From a virus (taxonomy: Duplodnaviria; Caudoviricetes): a stretch of 64,000 bases of DNA. The translations under genes were made by a program, and so were the position numbers. Positions 1-10,147 of this stretch are shown here, piece after piece (the stretch's first letter is position 1; each line of letters starts with the position of its first letter). Where the stretch lies: positions 11,590 to 75,589 of IMG/VR virus record IMGVR_UViG_2802429321_000001, one strand, 5' to 3'. The notes beneath the pieces are model-generated. The model saw nothing but the letters and a program-made list of their open reading frames with translations, was not told the DNA's origin and did no database searches.

Positions 1-493
1 AGGCGAGCGTGTTCCAGCCGCCACCCGCACCGAGTGTGCCCGTGGTCGTGTACCGGGAGTACAAGCCGATCGGTATCACTGACTGGTTGGTCCACGTGGT
101 GCCGTTGTAGACCAGTGCCTGGTTGGCGGTCGGGCTGGAGATCGTGACATCGGACTCGGCCGCGAGGGTGCGGGTGGTGTTGTTCCACTTCCCGGTGCCC
201 GAGTTGTAGGTCAATGCCTGCCCCGATGACGGGGAGGAGACGGCTACATCGGTTTGCGCGGCGAGGGAGGAGGTGTGCACGTGGTCGTAGCGTGCCGCCG
301 CTGTACCCGTTCCCGCGGAGACGGGCGACCCGATCCCGCTGGGTGTCTGCCCAGCCGTAGCTAGTGGGGCGCCGCCGTTCGCGGTGGTAGCGCCCGCTGT
401 GTTCTGCTGCATGCGGCGGACCGTCTGCTCGAGGCGGGCGAGCCTATCGACCAGGGACTGGTCAGGCTTCGGGACAAACCCGGGAGCCGTCAT
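1..493 (-). CDS. Tail fibre / receptor-binding protein, 5' part (runs off window start)
   Basis: Not in ORF track. Manual translation from ATG at 493 (overlaps TGA of next gene): MTAPGFVPKPDQSLVDRLARLEQTVRR..., then two LAAxxDVxxSSPxxxQALxYNxxTxxWxN repeats typical of tail fibres. Confidence 0.75.
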   Translation of the reverse strand, partial: MTAPGFVPKPDQSLVDRLARLEQTVRRMQQNTAGATTANGGAPLATAGQTPSGIGSPVSAGTGTAAARYDHVHTSSLAAQTDVAVSSPSSGQALTYNSGTGKWNNTTRTLAAESDVTISSPTANQALVYNGTTWTNQSVIPIGLYSRYTTTGTLGAGGGWNTLA

Positions 494-1647
494 CACGCCA
501 CCCCCGCGGTCGACTGCAGCGTCAACTTGGCGGTCCGGTAATCGACAGAGTCGATGCCCGTAATCCGCAGCGTGTAGTTCCCGTCCGGGATCCGTCGATG
601 CCGTTGCACACAGAACGTGCCCGTGTCACCCACGCTCACCTGGTCGATCGTTGGGGACCCAGTGAGTTGCCCTGTGCCGTCCGTGCCGTCGATGCGGACC
701 GTCGCGCTGAACGTGGCCACCGGGTAGGCGTAGGTCTGCACCGTGGCCTGCGCGTAACTGGCCAACGTGGTGGTGTTGGTTTCCTGCGTGTTCGCGCCGT
801 TCACACCCTCCAGCAGCGGATACCCGGCGGTCACGAGCGTCGGGTCGTAGTAGGTGCCAATCGCCAGGTTGTACTGGGATCCGGAGCCACGCGCATAGTC
901 GGCGTGCTCCATCATCGAGCCGTCCGTCGCGTAGTCCAAGCTCGTCAGCGAACCGCGGTCCCCGTAGTCCCACACCCACGGTGCACCGATCTGCCCCAGC
1001 CGTGGGGAACCCGCGCGCAGCGTCCACTGGATGTAGCCGGGAGTCGCGGAGAACGTGGGCCGGAACTCCAGTTCCACGTTCGTGGACAGGGAGGTGACGT
1101 TGGTGAGGGCGTCAGCGACGAGGCTCATGTCGTAGCCGTAGTACTGCTGGGTGACCGTGCTGGCCGCGTCCAGGGTTGGTGTCACGATCGGCAGGCTGTT
1201 GCGGGTCGTGGTGTCAGCGACGAGCTGGATCGCGATGTTCCGCCACGTCGTATTCGCGTACAGCGTGTCCGCGCCGGACACTGCGGGGTTCGCGCCAGCA
1301 ACCCACGTTGGGGGAAGGACGAGGCGCTTGGATAGGTACTTCCACATGCCCGCGAACGTGAGCTGCGACTTGCCCTGATTATCCGTGTAGGACTCGCCCA
1401 TGACCGGGCCGGCTTGGACGACGAACTGCTTGTAGCAGATCGCGACCGAGTAGTGCCAGGGCTTGGAGATCTCCTCGAAGTCCGCCTTGGACATGCCGGT
1501 GCCGCCGAGGGGGACGGTGACGCTGCCCCCACCCGCGTCATTGATCTTGTAGCTGTAGGACAGTGAGTCAACGAACGGCAGCTCCGTCAGGATCTGCCCG
1601 GTCTTCGTGTTGACCGCGTACGCAACCCAGTCATCGGCGTTCGGCAT
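493..1647 (-). CDS. Minor tail protein (siphovirus baseplate hub, Gp37-like)
   Basis: 384 aa, position downstream of Dit, beta-rich actinophage minor-tail pattern. Confidence 0.75.
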   Translation of the reverse strand: MPNADDWVAYAVNTKTGQILTELPFVDSLSYSYKINDAGGGSVTVPLGGTGMSKADFEEISKPWHYSVAICYKQFVVQAGPVMGESYTDNQGKSQLTFAGMWKYLSKRLVLPPTWVAGANPAVSGADTLYANTTWRNIAIQLVADTTTRNSLPIVTPTLDAASTVTQQYYGYDMSLVADALTNVTSLSTNVELEFRPTFSATPGYIQWTLRAGSPRLGQIGAPWVWDYGDRGSLTSLDYATDGSMMEHADYARGSGSQYNLAIGTYYDPTLVTAGYPLLEGVNGANTQETNTTTLASYAQATVQTYAYPVATFSATVRIDGTDGTGQLTGSPTIDQVSVGDTGTFCVQRHRRIPDGNYTLRITGIDSVDYRTAKLTLQSTAGVA

Positions 1648-1650
1648 GGG

Positions 1651-2799
1651 TCACGCCGGGACGGGGATGACGACGACACGGAATTGGAACCACTGGCTGG
1701 TGGGCAGCGCATCGATGTACTGCAGCGTGTTCGGGTTCAGGATCTGGAACACCACCGTCTGGGAGCCCGTGAACACGGGGGATGAGGTCAGGCACACCTC
1801 GAGGTACGAGTTGTAGGTTGCGCCCGCTACGAGTGGCGTCCGGTTCCTGGCGTAGGTTGTGGCCCCAACGATGATCAGGCCGTCGACGACGGACAGCTGC
1901 GTCGGGTTGGCCGAGTTGTTCTGCACGAAGCACTCGCCGACCGCCTCGATCCGGTACGCGAACCCGGGGTCAGGGATCGTCAAGGTACCGACGTTGTAGG
2001 TGTTGCCGAACCCGATGTGCGTCGAGTCGCTCGCCGCGGTCGGCTGATCGAACGGCCTGTTGCCGACCCCGTGCCATTTGCCGTCCGCGCCCCACACTCG
2101 CAGACCGGACTTGAGGGACGTCACCCCGTCGTAGGTCGTCTCGCCCAGGTAGGCGCCCGGGTCGGCGTTCGCGTCCCCCGGGAGGAGGCACCGGACCCCG
2201 CCGAACGTCGAGGCGGACTTGCGGACGTCCGTGATCTGCGCGGACGTGATGTTGTTCGAGTTGCCGTTCGAAGCGAACGTGGGCCGCAGGATCTGCGCCA
2301 ACGGGATCGCGCCAGTTGGGATCGACGGCGCTACCGGGCTCGCCGCTGGTGTCCCGTCCACGTACGTGATCTGCGCACCCTGAGTGCCCGTGTCACTGAT
2401 CGCCGCGTCCACGATCTGCGCGTACACCACATCGATCCGAGGGTTGCTCGTGGGGTTCGCGTCCATCGACATCGTGAACGACGCGTTCCAGTTCGCCAGA
2501 TACGGGCCCGCCGCGGTACCCGTGCGGCCGATCAACGCGTTACCGGCGTTGATGAGCACCCCCTGGGATGCGGATACGGTCTGGTTGACCTGCAGGTCCA
2601 TCGGGATGTTCCCGTTGACACCGGTCACCGACGTGGACCCGAACACACCGCTCCGCCACGCCGTCTGGGGTGCGGTCTGCGCGCCCGCGGACGCGGTCAG
2701 CGCACCGATCCACGCCTGCCGGTAGTTCGCCGCGGTGTTGATCGCGGTCGTACCGTTGGCCGCCATCATCGGGACGGCACCGTTCGCCTGCTGCGCCAT
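1651..2799 (-). CDS. Minor tail protein
   Basis: NPRIDVVYAQIVD...GTPAASPVAPSIPTGAIPLAQI...ITSAQITDVR motif typical of actinophage minor tail proteins. Confidence 0.75.
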   Translation of the reverse strand: MAQQANGAVPMMAANGTTAINTAANYRQAWIGALTASAGAQTAPQTAWRSGVFGSTSVTGVNGNIPMDLQVNQTVSASQGVLINAGNALIGRTGTAAGPYLANWNASFTMSMDANPTSNPRIDVVYAQIVDAAISDTGTQGAQITYVDGTPAASPVAPSIPTGAIPLAQILRPTFASNGNSNNITSAQITDVRKSASTFGGVRCLLPGDANADPGAYLGETTYDGVTSLKSGLRVWGADGKWHGVGNRPFDQPTAASDSTHIGFGNTYNVGTLTIPDPGFAYRIEAVGECFVQNNSANPTQLSVVDGLIIVGATTYARNRTPLVAGATYNSYLEVCLTSSPVFTGSQTVVFQILNPNTLQYIDALPTSQWFQFRVVVIPVPA

Positions 2800-2802
2800 G
2801 GC

Positions 2803-3669
2803 TCAGTACCACGTGTTTCTGTAGGAGACGGTCAACGTTCCGGTGTCACCGGGCGATCCACTGCGGAACTGGATCGTGATCGAGGACTGCGCTGGGATCG
2901 AGAACCAGTTGTTCGCGGTCAGCAGGGCCCTGCGGTTGATGCCGCCCTGCGTCACCGCACCCGTGTTCGTGTTGATCACCACCGAGTCCGTGGACGATAG
3001 GGTCGCGTTGTAGGTCAACGTGTCCCCGGTGTCCGCGCGCGTGATCGTCGGTGTCGTCAACGCCCCGGCGAGGGTAAACGTCATGTCCGCGTCCGCGGTG
3101 CCCGTGTTCGTCACGACCAGCGAGCCGCCAGACCCTGGGGTGCCGTAGTTCACTGGGTAGGTCACCGGGTACGAGACGCCGCCGGTTCCGGCGGTGGTCA
3201 GCCCCGTCGACAGGGTCGTGAGGGAGTTGTCCAGTTTCCGCAGGTCCGGGGCCATCAACTGCAGGCTGAACGCGACGCTCTGCCACGAAATCGGGGTCGT
3301 CGTGATCGGCGCGTCCAGGGCGACGTTGATGTACCGCGCAGAGTTCGCCGACGTCACTGTCAACGGGTACAGCGACTTCGGGTCGGGGCAGACCGCGGAC
3401 AGCGTGTCGATCGCGTTCTGCAAGGTCGCCACCGATGGGGCCGACAGAGTTCCCTCGAGGACGATGACTCGGGCCCCGCGGTACTCCACGCCCCGGAACA
3501 CGCCGCGTGACGCAGGCTTGTCGTTCCGGATCGCTTTCACCGCGGGGCTGCCGAACCAGCCGTCCTCTTTGGTCAGAATCCAGTCGCACCCATTGGTGTC
3601 GGTGGATCCGTTGATGGTGATGCCGCCGATACTGAACTGGGAGCCGTACCACAGGGCGTCGTACTGCAC
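2803..3669 (-). CDS. Distal tail protein (Dit-like)
   Basis: Directly after TMP; EDGWFGSPAV...RVIVLEG, FSLQLMAPD, VVTNTGT motifs. Confidence 0.8.
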   Translation of the reverse strand: MQYDALWYGSQFSIGGITINGSTDTNGCDWILTKEDGWFGSPAVKAIRNDKPASRGVFRGVEYRGARVIVLEGTLSAPSVATLQNAIDTLSAVCPDPKSLYPLTVTSANSARYINVALDAPITTTPISWQSVAFSLQLMAPDLRKLDNSLTTLSTGLTTAGTGGVSYPVTYPVNYGTPGSGGSLVVTNTGTADADMTFTLAGALTTPTITRADTGDTLTYNATLSSTDSVVINTNTGAVTQGGINRRALLTANNWFSIPAQSSITIQFRSGSPGDTGTLTVSYRNTWY

Positions 3670-3681
3670 GATTCGCTCCCC

Positions 3682-6600
3682 TTACCGCATCAGCATCTGC
3701 GAGCGCTGCCGGCGTTCGATCTCGGCGGCGACCGACGCGGGATCGTGGGTGGTGACGTGGTAGTGGTGCTCCCCGCCTGCATTACCCGAGGCGACCGCCG
3801 ACTTCAGGGTCTGCCACTGTCCCGCCGAGAACACCGGCTCCGGACGCCCCGAGGCGTTGATAACCGGCGTGATCCCTGGCTGCAGCCAGCCGCCGTCGTC
3901 GTAGCCGCCGGCCTGGTTCAGCGCGGACAACGACCCATACCGGTGCAGGGCATAGTTGAGGCCGGAATACACGTTCGCCAGCGGGTTCGTGCTGACCCCG
4001 TACGAGAACGGGCCAGTGCCCGCGTACGGGCCCGCGTAAGCCCCGAACGTCGGGCCGATCACCTGCATCAAACCCACCGACGGCGTACCGGCAGCCCAGT
4101 TCGAGTCCGTGGTGTTGACGATCGAAGGGTTGCCGCCCGACTCTTGCTGCATCCTGCGAAGAACCGTCTGCTCCATCGACAGTGGCTGCCCGAGCAGGGT
4201 CAGTGCCTGGTCCACCACGCCCTTCCACTGCTGCACACCGGCACCAGCCGTGTACTGAGCCCCATTCCCCGCCGCGAACCAGGACCGCACCTTGTCGATC
4301 GCGCCCTGAACGACCTTCCCGGGAATGTCGGTCAGCGCGGTCCGCCACTCCGAGCTGCCACCTGGGGTGGACGCGGTCTTCCCGATCGCGCCCTCGAACA
4401 GTTTCGTGACACCGCCGACGATGTCACCCGCGAGAGAAGCAACCCAGCTGGCCGCGTCGGTGATCCCGTGCCACACCGCCTGAGCACCCGATGAGAGCGC
4501 GTTCCAGGCGTCACCGAGCCAGCCACCAGCCGCGTGCACGGGGATCCCGTTGGCCTGGTTGCCGCCGGTTCGGCCGGACATCGCGTTCAGGCCGAGGATC
4601 GTGTCCGTACCCAGGAACCGGACCGCTTCCGGGGTGAGGACAGCCTCGCCGGGGGACAGCATGGCGGGGATCGAGTCGATGCCCGGGGCGTACCCAGGTA
4701 GGACGCCACCGCCAGCCCAGGCCGACGTTTTGACCGGGTTGAGGTCCCCGAGGCCGAACAGGTGCGCGACACCGTTCCACAGAGGGACGATCGCATCGTT
4801 GTACACCAGGTCCACAATGAACTTGGCGGGGACCTTGACGATGTCCATGACCTTGTTCCAGGCGGTCTTGATGCCCTCGACCGCGAGCTCGAAGCCATGC
4901 CTGATGCCGTCGACAGCTGCGCTGATCGCGTCACCGACTGGCTTGATGACGTGGTCGTACAGCCAGGAGAAGATGTCGCCCCACGCCTGGATCCCGGCCT
5001 TGATGTAGTTGATGACCGGCTGGATGACGTTATTCCAGATCCAGTTGAAGATCTGGCCGATCGCGTCGAAGTAGGGCTTGATCACCGAGTCCCACAGCCA
5101 GCGGACCACGGCACCCAAGAACTGGATGCCCTGCTGGATGTAGCCGATGATCGGGGAGATCACGTTGTCCCACACCCAGTGGAAGATCGCGCCGATGGCA
5201 TCGAAGGACGGCTTGATGATGCTGGTGTAGAGCCAGGTGAAGATCGCGCCCCAGAGTCGGACGCCAGCGACGATGTAGTCGATGACGACCTTGATGACGT
5301 TGTCCCACACCCAGTGCACGATGGCGCCGATCGCGTCGATGTAGGGCTTGATGATGGCGGTGTACAGCCACACGAAAGCTGGGGCGAGCACGTTCTTGAC
5401 GAGCAGGACGATCGGCTCCACGAGGAACGCTGCGACGATCGCCGCTGCGACCCGGAACACCAGGAAGATCCCGTCGAACACTGGCTTCAGGATGGTCTCC
5501 CACAGCCACACGAACGCCTTACCCACGGCCTGTGCGGCTGTGGTGAGGGCGTCTCCGATCTGCTTCGCGTGGCTGATGACGAGGACAAACAGGCCGACGA
5601 TCAGGGTGATCGGCGCAAAGATGATTGCTAGGGCGGTTGCGAAGATCTTCCAGTGGTCCACGACCCAGTCGATGGCGACCCCGAGGGCGTGCCACACCGC
5701 GAGGAACACGTCCTTGAGGAAGTTCCCGACCGCCTGGACGACGTTTCGGAAGCCCTCGAAGTGCGTGTAGGCGTAGATCAGTCCAGCGGCGAGCGCTGCG
5801 ATCCCAGTGACGATCAGCATGATCGGGTTCGCGTTCAGCACCAGGTTCAGCGCCGCCTGGGCGAGAGCAACCAGCTTCGTTGCGAGCGCCCAGGCTTCCA
5901 TCGCGAGCTTCACCGCGAGGAGCGGCGCCGCGAGGCCGCCGATGACCGCGGCGATCAAGCCGATCCAGTTCGAGTTCTCGCTGATCCACTTGCCCATGTC
6001 GATTAGGCCACGTACGAAGTTGCCGACCCAGTCGAGGGCTTGGGTGGCCACTGGCAGCAGCTTCTCGCCGATCGCGATCATGAACGCGCCTAGTTGAGCC
6101 TTGGTCTGATCCAGCTTCTGGTTGAAGTTGCCCTGGATCTCGCTCCAGCCCAGAACGTTGTGCCCGGCCTCGTCAGTCGACTCCGCGATCTTGTCGATGT
6201 TCTCCAACGTCGACTTCGCGTTCTCCCCGGTCAGCATCAACGCGACGTTCATACTCGTGGCGTTGCCAGTCGCCTTCGCCAGAGCCTGCGTGTAGGTCTG
6301 CGCCGTCGTCGACCCCGACTTCAACGCCTGCGAGAACCCCTCGGCGTTGTTCCGCATCGTGACCCACTGCTGCAGCAGCGCGGCCTGGTCCGCGGGCAAC
6401 GCCTTCAGGCCCTGCCTCCACTCGTTCATGGAGATCTTGCCGGTGTTGAACTGGTCCGCGATCTTCTGCAAGCTCGGAGGGAGCGCGCCGTACATCTTCT
6501 GCGCGTCCTCAGCGGCGATCTTCGACTGGTTGAACGTCTGCAACAGAACCTGACCCTCAGGCCCCATGTGCTGCATGATGGCGTCACTGATCGAGATCAG

Positions 6601-7779
6601 CGCGCCACTCACACCAGTCTTGCCGAGGTTCTTCGACACATCGTCCGACCGGATCCCCAACTGCGACAACTCTTGCGTCATCACGTTCGTCGGGTTCGCC
6701 AGCGACCGGATCGTGTTCGCCAGGTTCTGCGCAGCCTGATCCGCAGAGACACCGTGCGCGGTCATCTCCGCCAGGTCACCCAGCAGATCCTGCAACGGCA
6801 CGTGTGCCGCACCCGCGAGTGGCGCCACAGAGGACATGGCGCCCGACAGCGCCTCGAAGTTGGTTTTGCCCAGTGAGACGGCGGTCACGAGCTTCGAAGT
6901 GACATCCGCTGCCTGCTGAGCCGGCAGGTGATAGTCCGTGAGGATGTCGGTCACCGCGTTCGCGACCGTCCCCAGTTGCGCGTTCTCCTCCTTGGCGCCC
7001 TGAGCCGCGGCCTTCAGCACCACCAAACCGTCAGCGGAGTGATAGCCCGCGGACTCGATGGTGTACATGCCGACAGCGAGCTCGTGCGACGAGATGCCGA
7101 CCTGGCCGGCCATTTCCAGGATCCCGTCACCCACACCCTTGATCGCGTCGGTGCTCTCACCCGCCGACGTGACCAGCCGGGTCAGCTCAGTCTGGTAGTC
7201 GGCGGCCTCCTTCACCGCGACAGCGCCCATCGCCAACCCGACCGCGGTCACTGCAGTCACCAGCGTGGTCGCCGCACCAGCCAGCTTGCTGGTGCTCGCA
7301 GCCGACGCCTCCTGCGTGGCGGCGTTCTTCTCGGTCAAGTCCTTCTGAGTCGCCTCAGCGGCCGTCAGGGCCTCCTGGGCCTTCTGTGACCGACTGGCCT
7401 GGATCTCCGAGTTGCGCTGGGCGGCAGCCAGCTTCTCCTCGGCCGCGATGACCTGAGATGAGTCCGCCGCATACTTGACGCGGGCCTCAGCAAGCTGCTG
7501 CTCAGCGATCCGGACCTTGCCCGCCGCGGTCTCCGCCGCGGCCTGCGACCTGACCATGTTGTTCGACGCGTTCTGCGTCGCCAACACAGCCTGATCCAGC
7601 TTCGATTGCAGGGCTCGGACACCGTCGCTGGACGCTCCAGACAGGGCGTTGCCGAACGTCGAGCCGACTTCCTTTCCGACCTTCTCGACATCACCAATCG
7701 TGGAGGAACGCAGCAGGGAGCCGAAGTTCTTGACGCTGGGGATGATGTCGAGATAGACCCCACCAACAGACTTCGCCAC
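3682..7779 (-). CDS. Tape measure protein with C-terminal lytic transglycosylase (SLT) domain
   Basis: 1365 aa, Ala-rich helical, TP901-type core, W/F-periodic repeats, QESGGNP...GLMQVI...NPLANVYSGLNYALHRYG. Confidence 0.93.
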   Translation of the reverse strand: MAKSVGGVYLDIIPSVKNFGSLLRSSTIGDVEKVGKEVGSTFGNALSGASSDGVRALQSKLDQAVLATQNASNNMVRSQAAAETAAGKVRIAEQQLAEARVKYAADSSQVIAAEEKLAAAQRNSEIQASRSQKAQEALTAAEATQKDLTEKNAATQEASAASTSKLAGAATTLVTAVTAVGLAMGAVAVKEAADYQTELTRLVTSAGESTDAIKGVGDGILEMAGQVGISSHELAVGMYTIESAGYHSADGLVVLKAAAQGAKEENAQLGTVANAVTDILTDYHLPAQQAADVTSKLVTAVSLGKTNFEALSGAMSSVAPLAGAAHVPLQDLLGDLAEMTAHGVSADQAAQNLANTIRSLANPTNVMTQELSQLGIRSDDVSKNLGKTGVSGALISISDAIMQHMGPEGQVLLQTFNQSKIAAEDAQKMYGALPPSLQKIADQFNTGKISMNEWRQGLKALPADQAALLQQWVTMRNNAEGFSQALKSGSTTAQTYTQALAKATGNATSMNVALMLTGENAKSTLENIDKIAESTDEAGHNVLGWSEIQGNFNQKLDQTKAQLGAFMIAIGEKLLPVATQALDWVGNFVRGLIDMGKWISENSNWIGLIAAVIGGLAAPLLAVKLAMEAWALATKLVALAQAALNLVLNANPIMLIVTGIAALAAGLIYAYTHFEGFRNVVQAVGNFLKDVFLAVWHALGVAIDWVVDHWKIFATALAIIFAPITLIVGLFVLVISHAKQIGDALTTAAQAVGKAFVWLWETILKPVFDGIFLVFRVAAAIVAAFLVEPIVLLVKNVLAPAFVWLYTAIIKPYIDAIGAIVHWVWDNVIKVVIDYIVAGVRLWGAIFTWLYTSIIKPSFDAIGAIFHWVWDNVISPIIGYIQQGIQFLGAVVRWLWDSVIKPYFDAIGQIFNWIWNNVIQPVINYIKAGIQAWGDIFSWLYDHVIKPVGDAISAAVDGIRHGFELAVEGIKTAWNKVMDIVKVPAKFIVDLVYNDAIVPLWNGVAHLFGLGDLNPVKTSAWAGGGVLPGYAPGIDSIPAMLSPGEAVLTPEAVRFLGTDTILGLNAMSGRTGGNQANGIPVHAAGGWLGDAWNALSSGAQAVWHGITDAASWVASLAGDIVGGVTKLFEGAIGKTASTPGGSSEWRTALTDIPGKVVQGAIDKVRSWFAAGNGAQYTAGAGVQQWKGVVDQALTLLGQPLSMEQTVLRRMQQESGGNPSIVNTTDSNWAAGTPSVGLMQVIGPTFGAYAGPYAGTGPFSYGVSTNPLANVYSGLNYALHRYGSLSALNQAGGYDDGGWLQPGITPVINASGRPEPVFSAGQWQTLKSAVASGNAGGEHHYHVTTHDPASVAAEIERRQRSQMLMR

Positions 7780-7798
7780 CCTGCCGCCCCCTCACCGC

Positions 7799-8248
7799 TC
7801 ACTGAACCTCGACCTGGGGGAGTTGTGGCGCGTCACGCCGCAACGCGGCCACGACCCGGGGATCAAGACCACCTGAGGCCATGTTGTGCAGTGCGTCATG
7901 CAGGTCCCTGACCTGCTGACGCCGCTCCGACACGGTCTCCTCGCCTGGACGTGGGATGGCTTTCGGCTTCATTGACCCGCCGTGGGCGTTGACGTAGTCG
8001 GCCCTCGAGAACGCCACCGTGTCAGCGATGTAGGCCAGGATGTGCGTCGTCACAGGCCACGGCGAGTCCGACATCGCCAACCTCGTCGCGGACTCCGCAG
8101 GCAGTTGCCGCACCAACACCACCAGGCGCCTCGACGACAACGTCCCGCGCCACCAGTCGCCGACATCCACCGAGTAGTAGCGGAGAAGATCCGCTTCGAT
8201 CTCCTCCGGGTAGCTACTCAGGAGGTGGTAGGCATCTGCAGTTTTGGG
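7799..8248 (-). CDS. Tail assembly chaperone, frameshifted (GT) part
   Basis: -1 frame after slippery CCCAAAA reads TADAYHLLSSYPEEIEADLLRYYS, in frame with the track ORF 7799..8170. Confidence 0.85.
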   Translation of the reverse strand, partial: PKTADAYHLLSSYPEEIEADLLRYYSVDVGDWWRGTLSSRRLVVLVRQLPAESATRLAMSDSPWPVTTHILAYIADTVAFSRADYVNAHGGSMKPKAIPRPGEETVSERRQQVRDLHDALHNMASGGLDPRVVAALRRDAPQLPQVEVQ

Positions 8249-8547
8249 TTGGCGGCCAGCTCTTCCTTCATGATGACGAGAGCGAGCTGGACGTCAGTGG
8301 ACCGGCCGCCGCCCGCCAGGAGCCGGGCGTGCTGCTCCTCGCCTAGGAGGAGCTTCGCGAGAGCGGATGCCTCGGTGGCGTCCTTCAGGCCGGACTGGGC
8401 TTCCTCGTCGAGCAGCAGCGGGTTCGGGACGAGGATCACGCCTCCGTTGTCGAGCTCCAGTTCGAGGCCCGGCTCCATGCCGAGGGAGTCGAGGGCCTGG
8501 TCCCGCATCTCGGTCAGCTTGAGACGCTTACGGTTTGGGCTGGACAT
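8218..8547 (-). CDS. Tail assembly chaperone (G)
   Basis: Between major tail and TMP; ends ...NPKL over the slippery heptamer. Confidence 0.85.
   Translation of the reverse strand: MSSPNRKRLKLTEMRDQALDSLGMEPGLELELDNGGVILVPNPLLLDEEAQSGLKDATEASALAKLLLGEEQHARLLAGGGRSTDVQLALVIMKEELAANPKLQMPTTS
8242..8248 (-). promoter_or_regulatory. Programmed -1 frameshift site C CCA AAA
   Basis: XXXYYYZ heptamer in correct phase at the 3' end of the chaperone gene. Confidence 0.85.
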
Positions 8548-8630
8548 GGGGTGCTCCGTTCTGGCGGCTTGCGGCGGCTATCGAGGCCACGAGTTGGCCG
8601 TGGAAGAGGGAAGAAGAGGTCGGCGGCGAG

Positions 8631-8661
8631 CCCCTCACGCCACATGAAGTGGCGTGAGGGG
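8631..8661 (-). terminator. Stem-loop downstream of major tail gene
   Basis: Perfect 13-bp IR CCCCTCACGCCAC-ATGAA-GTGGCGTGAGGGG. Confidence 0.55.
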
Positions 8662-8710
8662 TGGGTCTCCGCGCCCGACAGCCGCCAGAGTGCCGGGCGC
8701 GGAGGGTCTG

Positions 8711-9667
8711 TTAGGTCGGCGTCCCGACACCAGTCGACGCGGCACCGTTGCCGTTCGAGTTCACGGCGACAACCGACACGTTGTACGGCTGGCCCGACGT
8801 GAGGCCCGTGACGGTCTTCGTGGTAGTGCCAGCGGCCACCGTGAACGGCGACCCCGATGCGGACGAGCCGTCGGACACCTTGGTGACGGTGACCGTGTAG
8901 GACGTGAGCGCCGGGGCACCCGAGGGCACCGTCGCCGCGGTCCAGGAGATACCGAGCTGCCCGCTCGCCGGGGTGATGGTGAGCGCACCAACACCGCCTG
9001 GGACACCCAGCGCACGCCAGCCGGGGCCCTCACGGAGCAGCTTGATCGTGTACCCGGCGACAGTGTCCGGGTAAGCCTGGAACGTCAACGGAGTCTGAAT
9101 CTCTGTCTTCGCCTGCCAGTCCTGCTTGTCCGGCTTGATCATCAGGGCGCGGGGGTAGATCTTCGCCATGAACTGGATGCCCTGAGAACCCGTGCCGCCC
9201 GTAGCCCCATCCACACCGAGGAACATCAGCGACCGGTACACCATCTGCGGCACCTTCGGCTTCACCACGTTGTAGCCGGTGACGCCCATGCTGCTCGCGC
9301 TCGACAGGGGAAGACCCCAGTACAGGCAGTCCGCGACCGGGCCCGACTGCAGCAGCATCAGCTTCGCCTGCTCGACGTCGTTGGTGACGTCGGTACGCAG
9401 CGGCTGCCGTGACTGCCACGTATTGGTGTCCGCGGTCGAGTACTGAGGCGTGAACTCCACGCCGTTTTCATCCAGGTAGCCGAGGTCCGTCCACCCGTCG
9501 GTGGTCAGCAGCGTGCTGGACAGCAGACCCGTGGACGGATCGAACGGCGAGTAGTTCGCGAAGTTGTTGCTGCTGCTGTAGTCCTGGATGTACACCGAAC
9601 CATAGAGCGCCTTACGGACCTGGCTGCTCTGGCCCGGGAAGATCGAATCCCAGTATGCGCCAGCCAC
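8711..9667 (-). CDS. Major tail protein with C-terminal Fn3 domain
   Basis: WTDLGYLDENGVEF...WQSRQPLRTDVT; C-terminal ISWTAA...SYTVT...VTGLTSGQPYNVSVVAVNSNG. Confidence 0.85.
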   Translation of the reverse strand: MAGAYWDSIFPGQSSQVRKALYGSVYIQDYSSSNNFANYSPFDPSTGLLSSTLLTTDGWTDLGYLDENGVEFTPQYSTADTNTWQSRQPLRTDVTNDVEQAKLMLLQSGPVADCLYWGLPLSSASSMGVTGYNVVKPKVPQMVYRSLMFLGVDGATGGTGSQGIQFMAKIYPRALMIKPDKQDWQAKTEIQTPLTFQAYPDTVAGYTIKLLREGPGWRALGVPGGVGALTITPASGQLGISWTAATVPSGAPALTSYTVTVTKVSDGSSASGSPFTVAAGTTTKTVTGLTSGQPYNVSVVAVNSNGNGAASTGVGTPT

Positions 9668-9772
9668 TAGAGCCGCCTCCTTGACAGACGGGTAGGCAGC
9701 GAAGAGCGCATGGCGTTCTTGCTGCGGAAGGGTGTTGTGTGATCGCCCCGGGGCCGGGGTCGTCTAGAGGGG

Positions 9773-10147
9773 TTAGGCCGCGGTGACGCGCGAGTCGATG
9801 CGCATCCGCATCACGTACCGCTGCAGGTGCTCGTCGTCATAGGACACCCAGGTCGGGCCCATGATGGTCTCGGCATGGTCGATAACCGTCGTGCCAACCG
9901 CGGTGTGCCTCAGGCGCCGCATCAACGCGTGCACCTGTGCCGCGGTGTCGTAGGCGGTGGACCGGGTCGTGTTGAACACGTCGATGTCGATCGTCGCGGC
10001 GTCAGTGATGTAGTCGTCGCTGCCGCCAGTCCGTGTCACGAGCGCGAACGGCAGTGGCGGCGTGTTCGGCATGTCCACGGACACACCCAGCAGCCCGCAC
10101 TGGCCAGTGAGGTAGGCGACCAGGACAGCCTCGACGTTGGCGTACAT
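9773..10147 (-). CDS. Tail terminator / tail completion protein
   Basis: NVEAVLVAYL...VTRTGGSDD...IDIDVF pattern; synteny. Confidence 0.75.
   Translation of the reverse strand: MYANVEAVLVAYLTGQCGLLGVSVDMPNTPPLPFALVTRTGGSDDYITDAATIDIDVFNTTRSTAYDTAAQVHALMRRLRHTAVGTTVIDHAETIMGPTWVSYDDEHLQRYVMRMRIDSRVTAA

Noticed and set aside
4950-5700. ~40-aa W/F-periodic repeats in the tape measure gene
   Set aside because: Ordinary tape measure periodicity.
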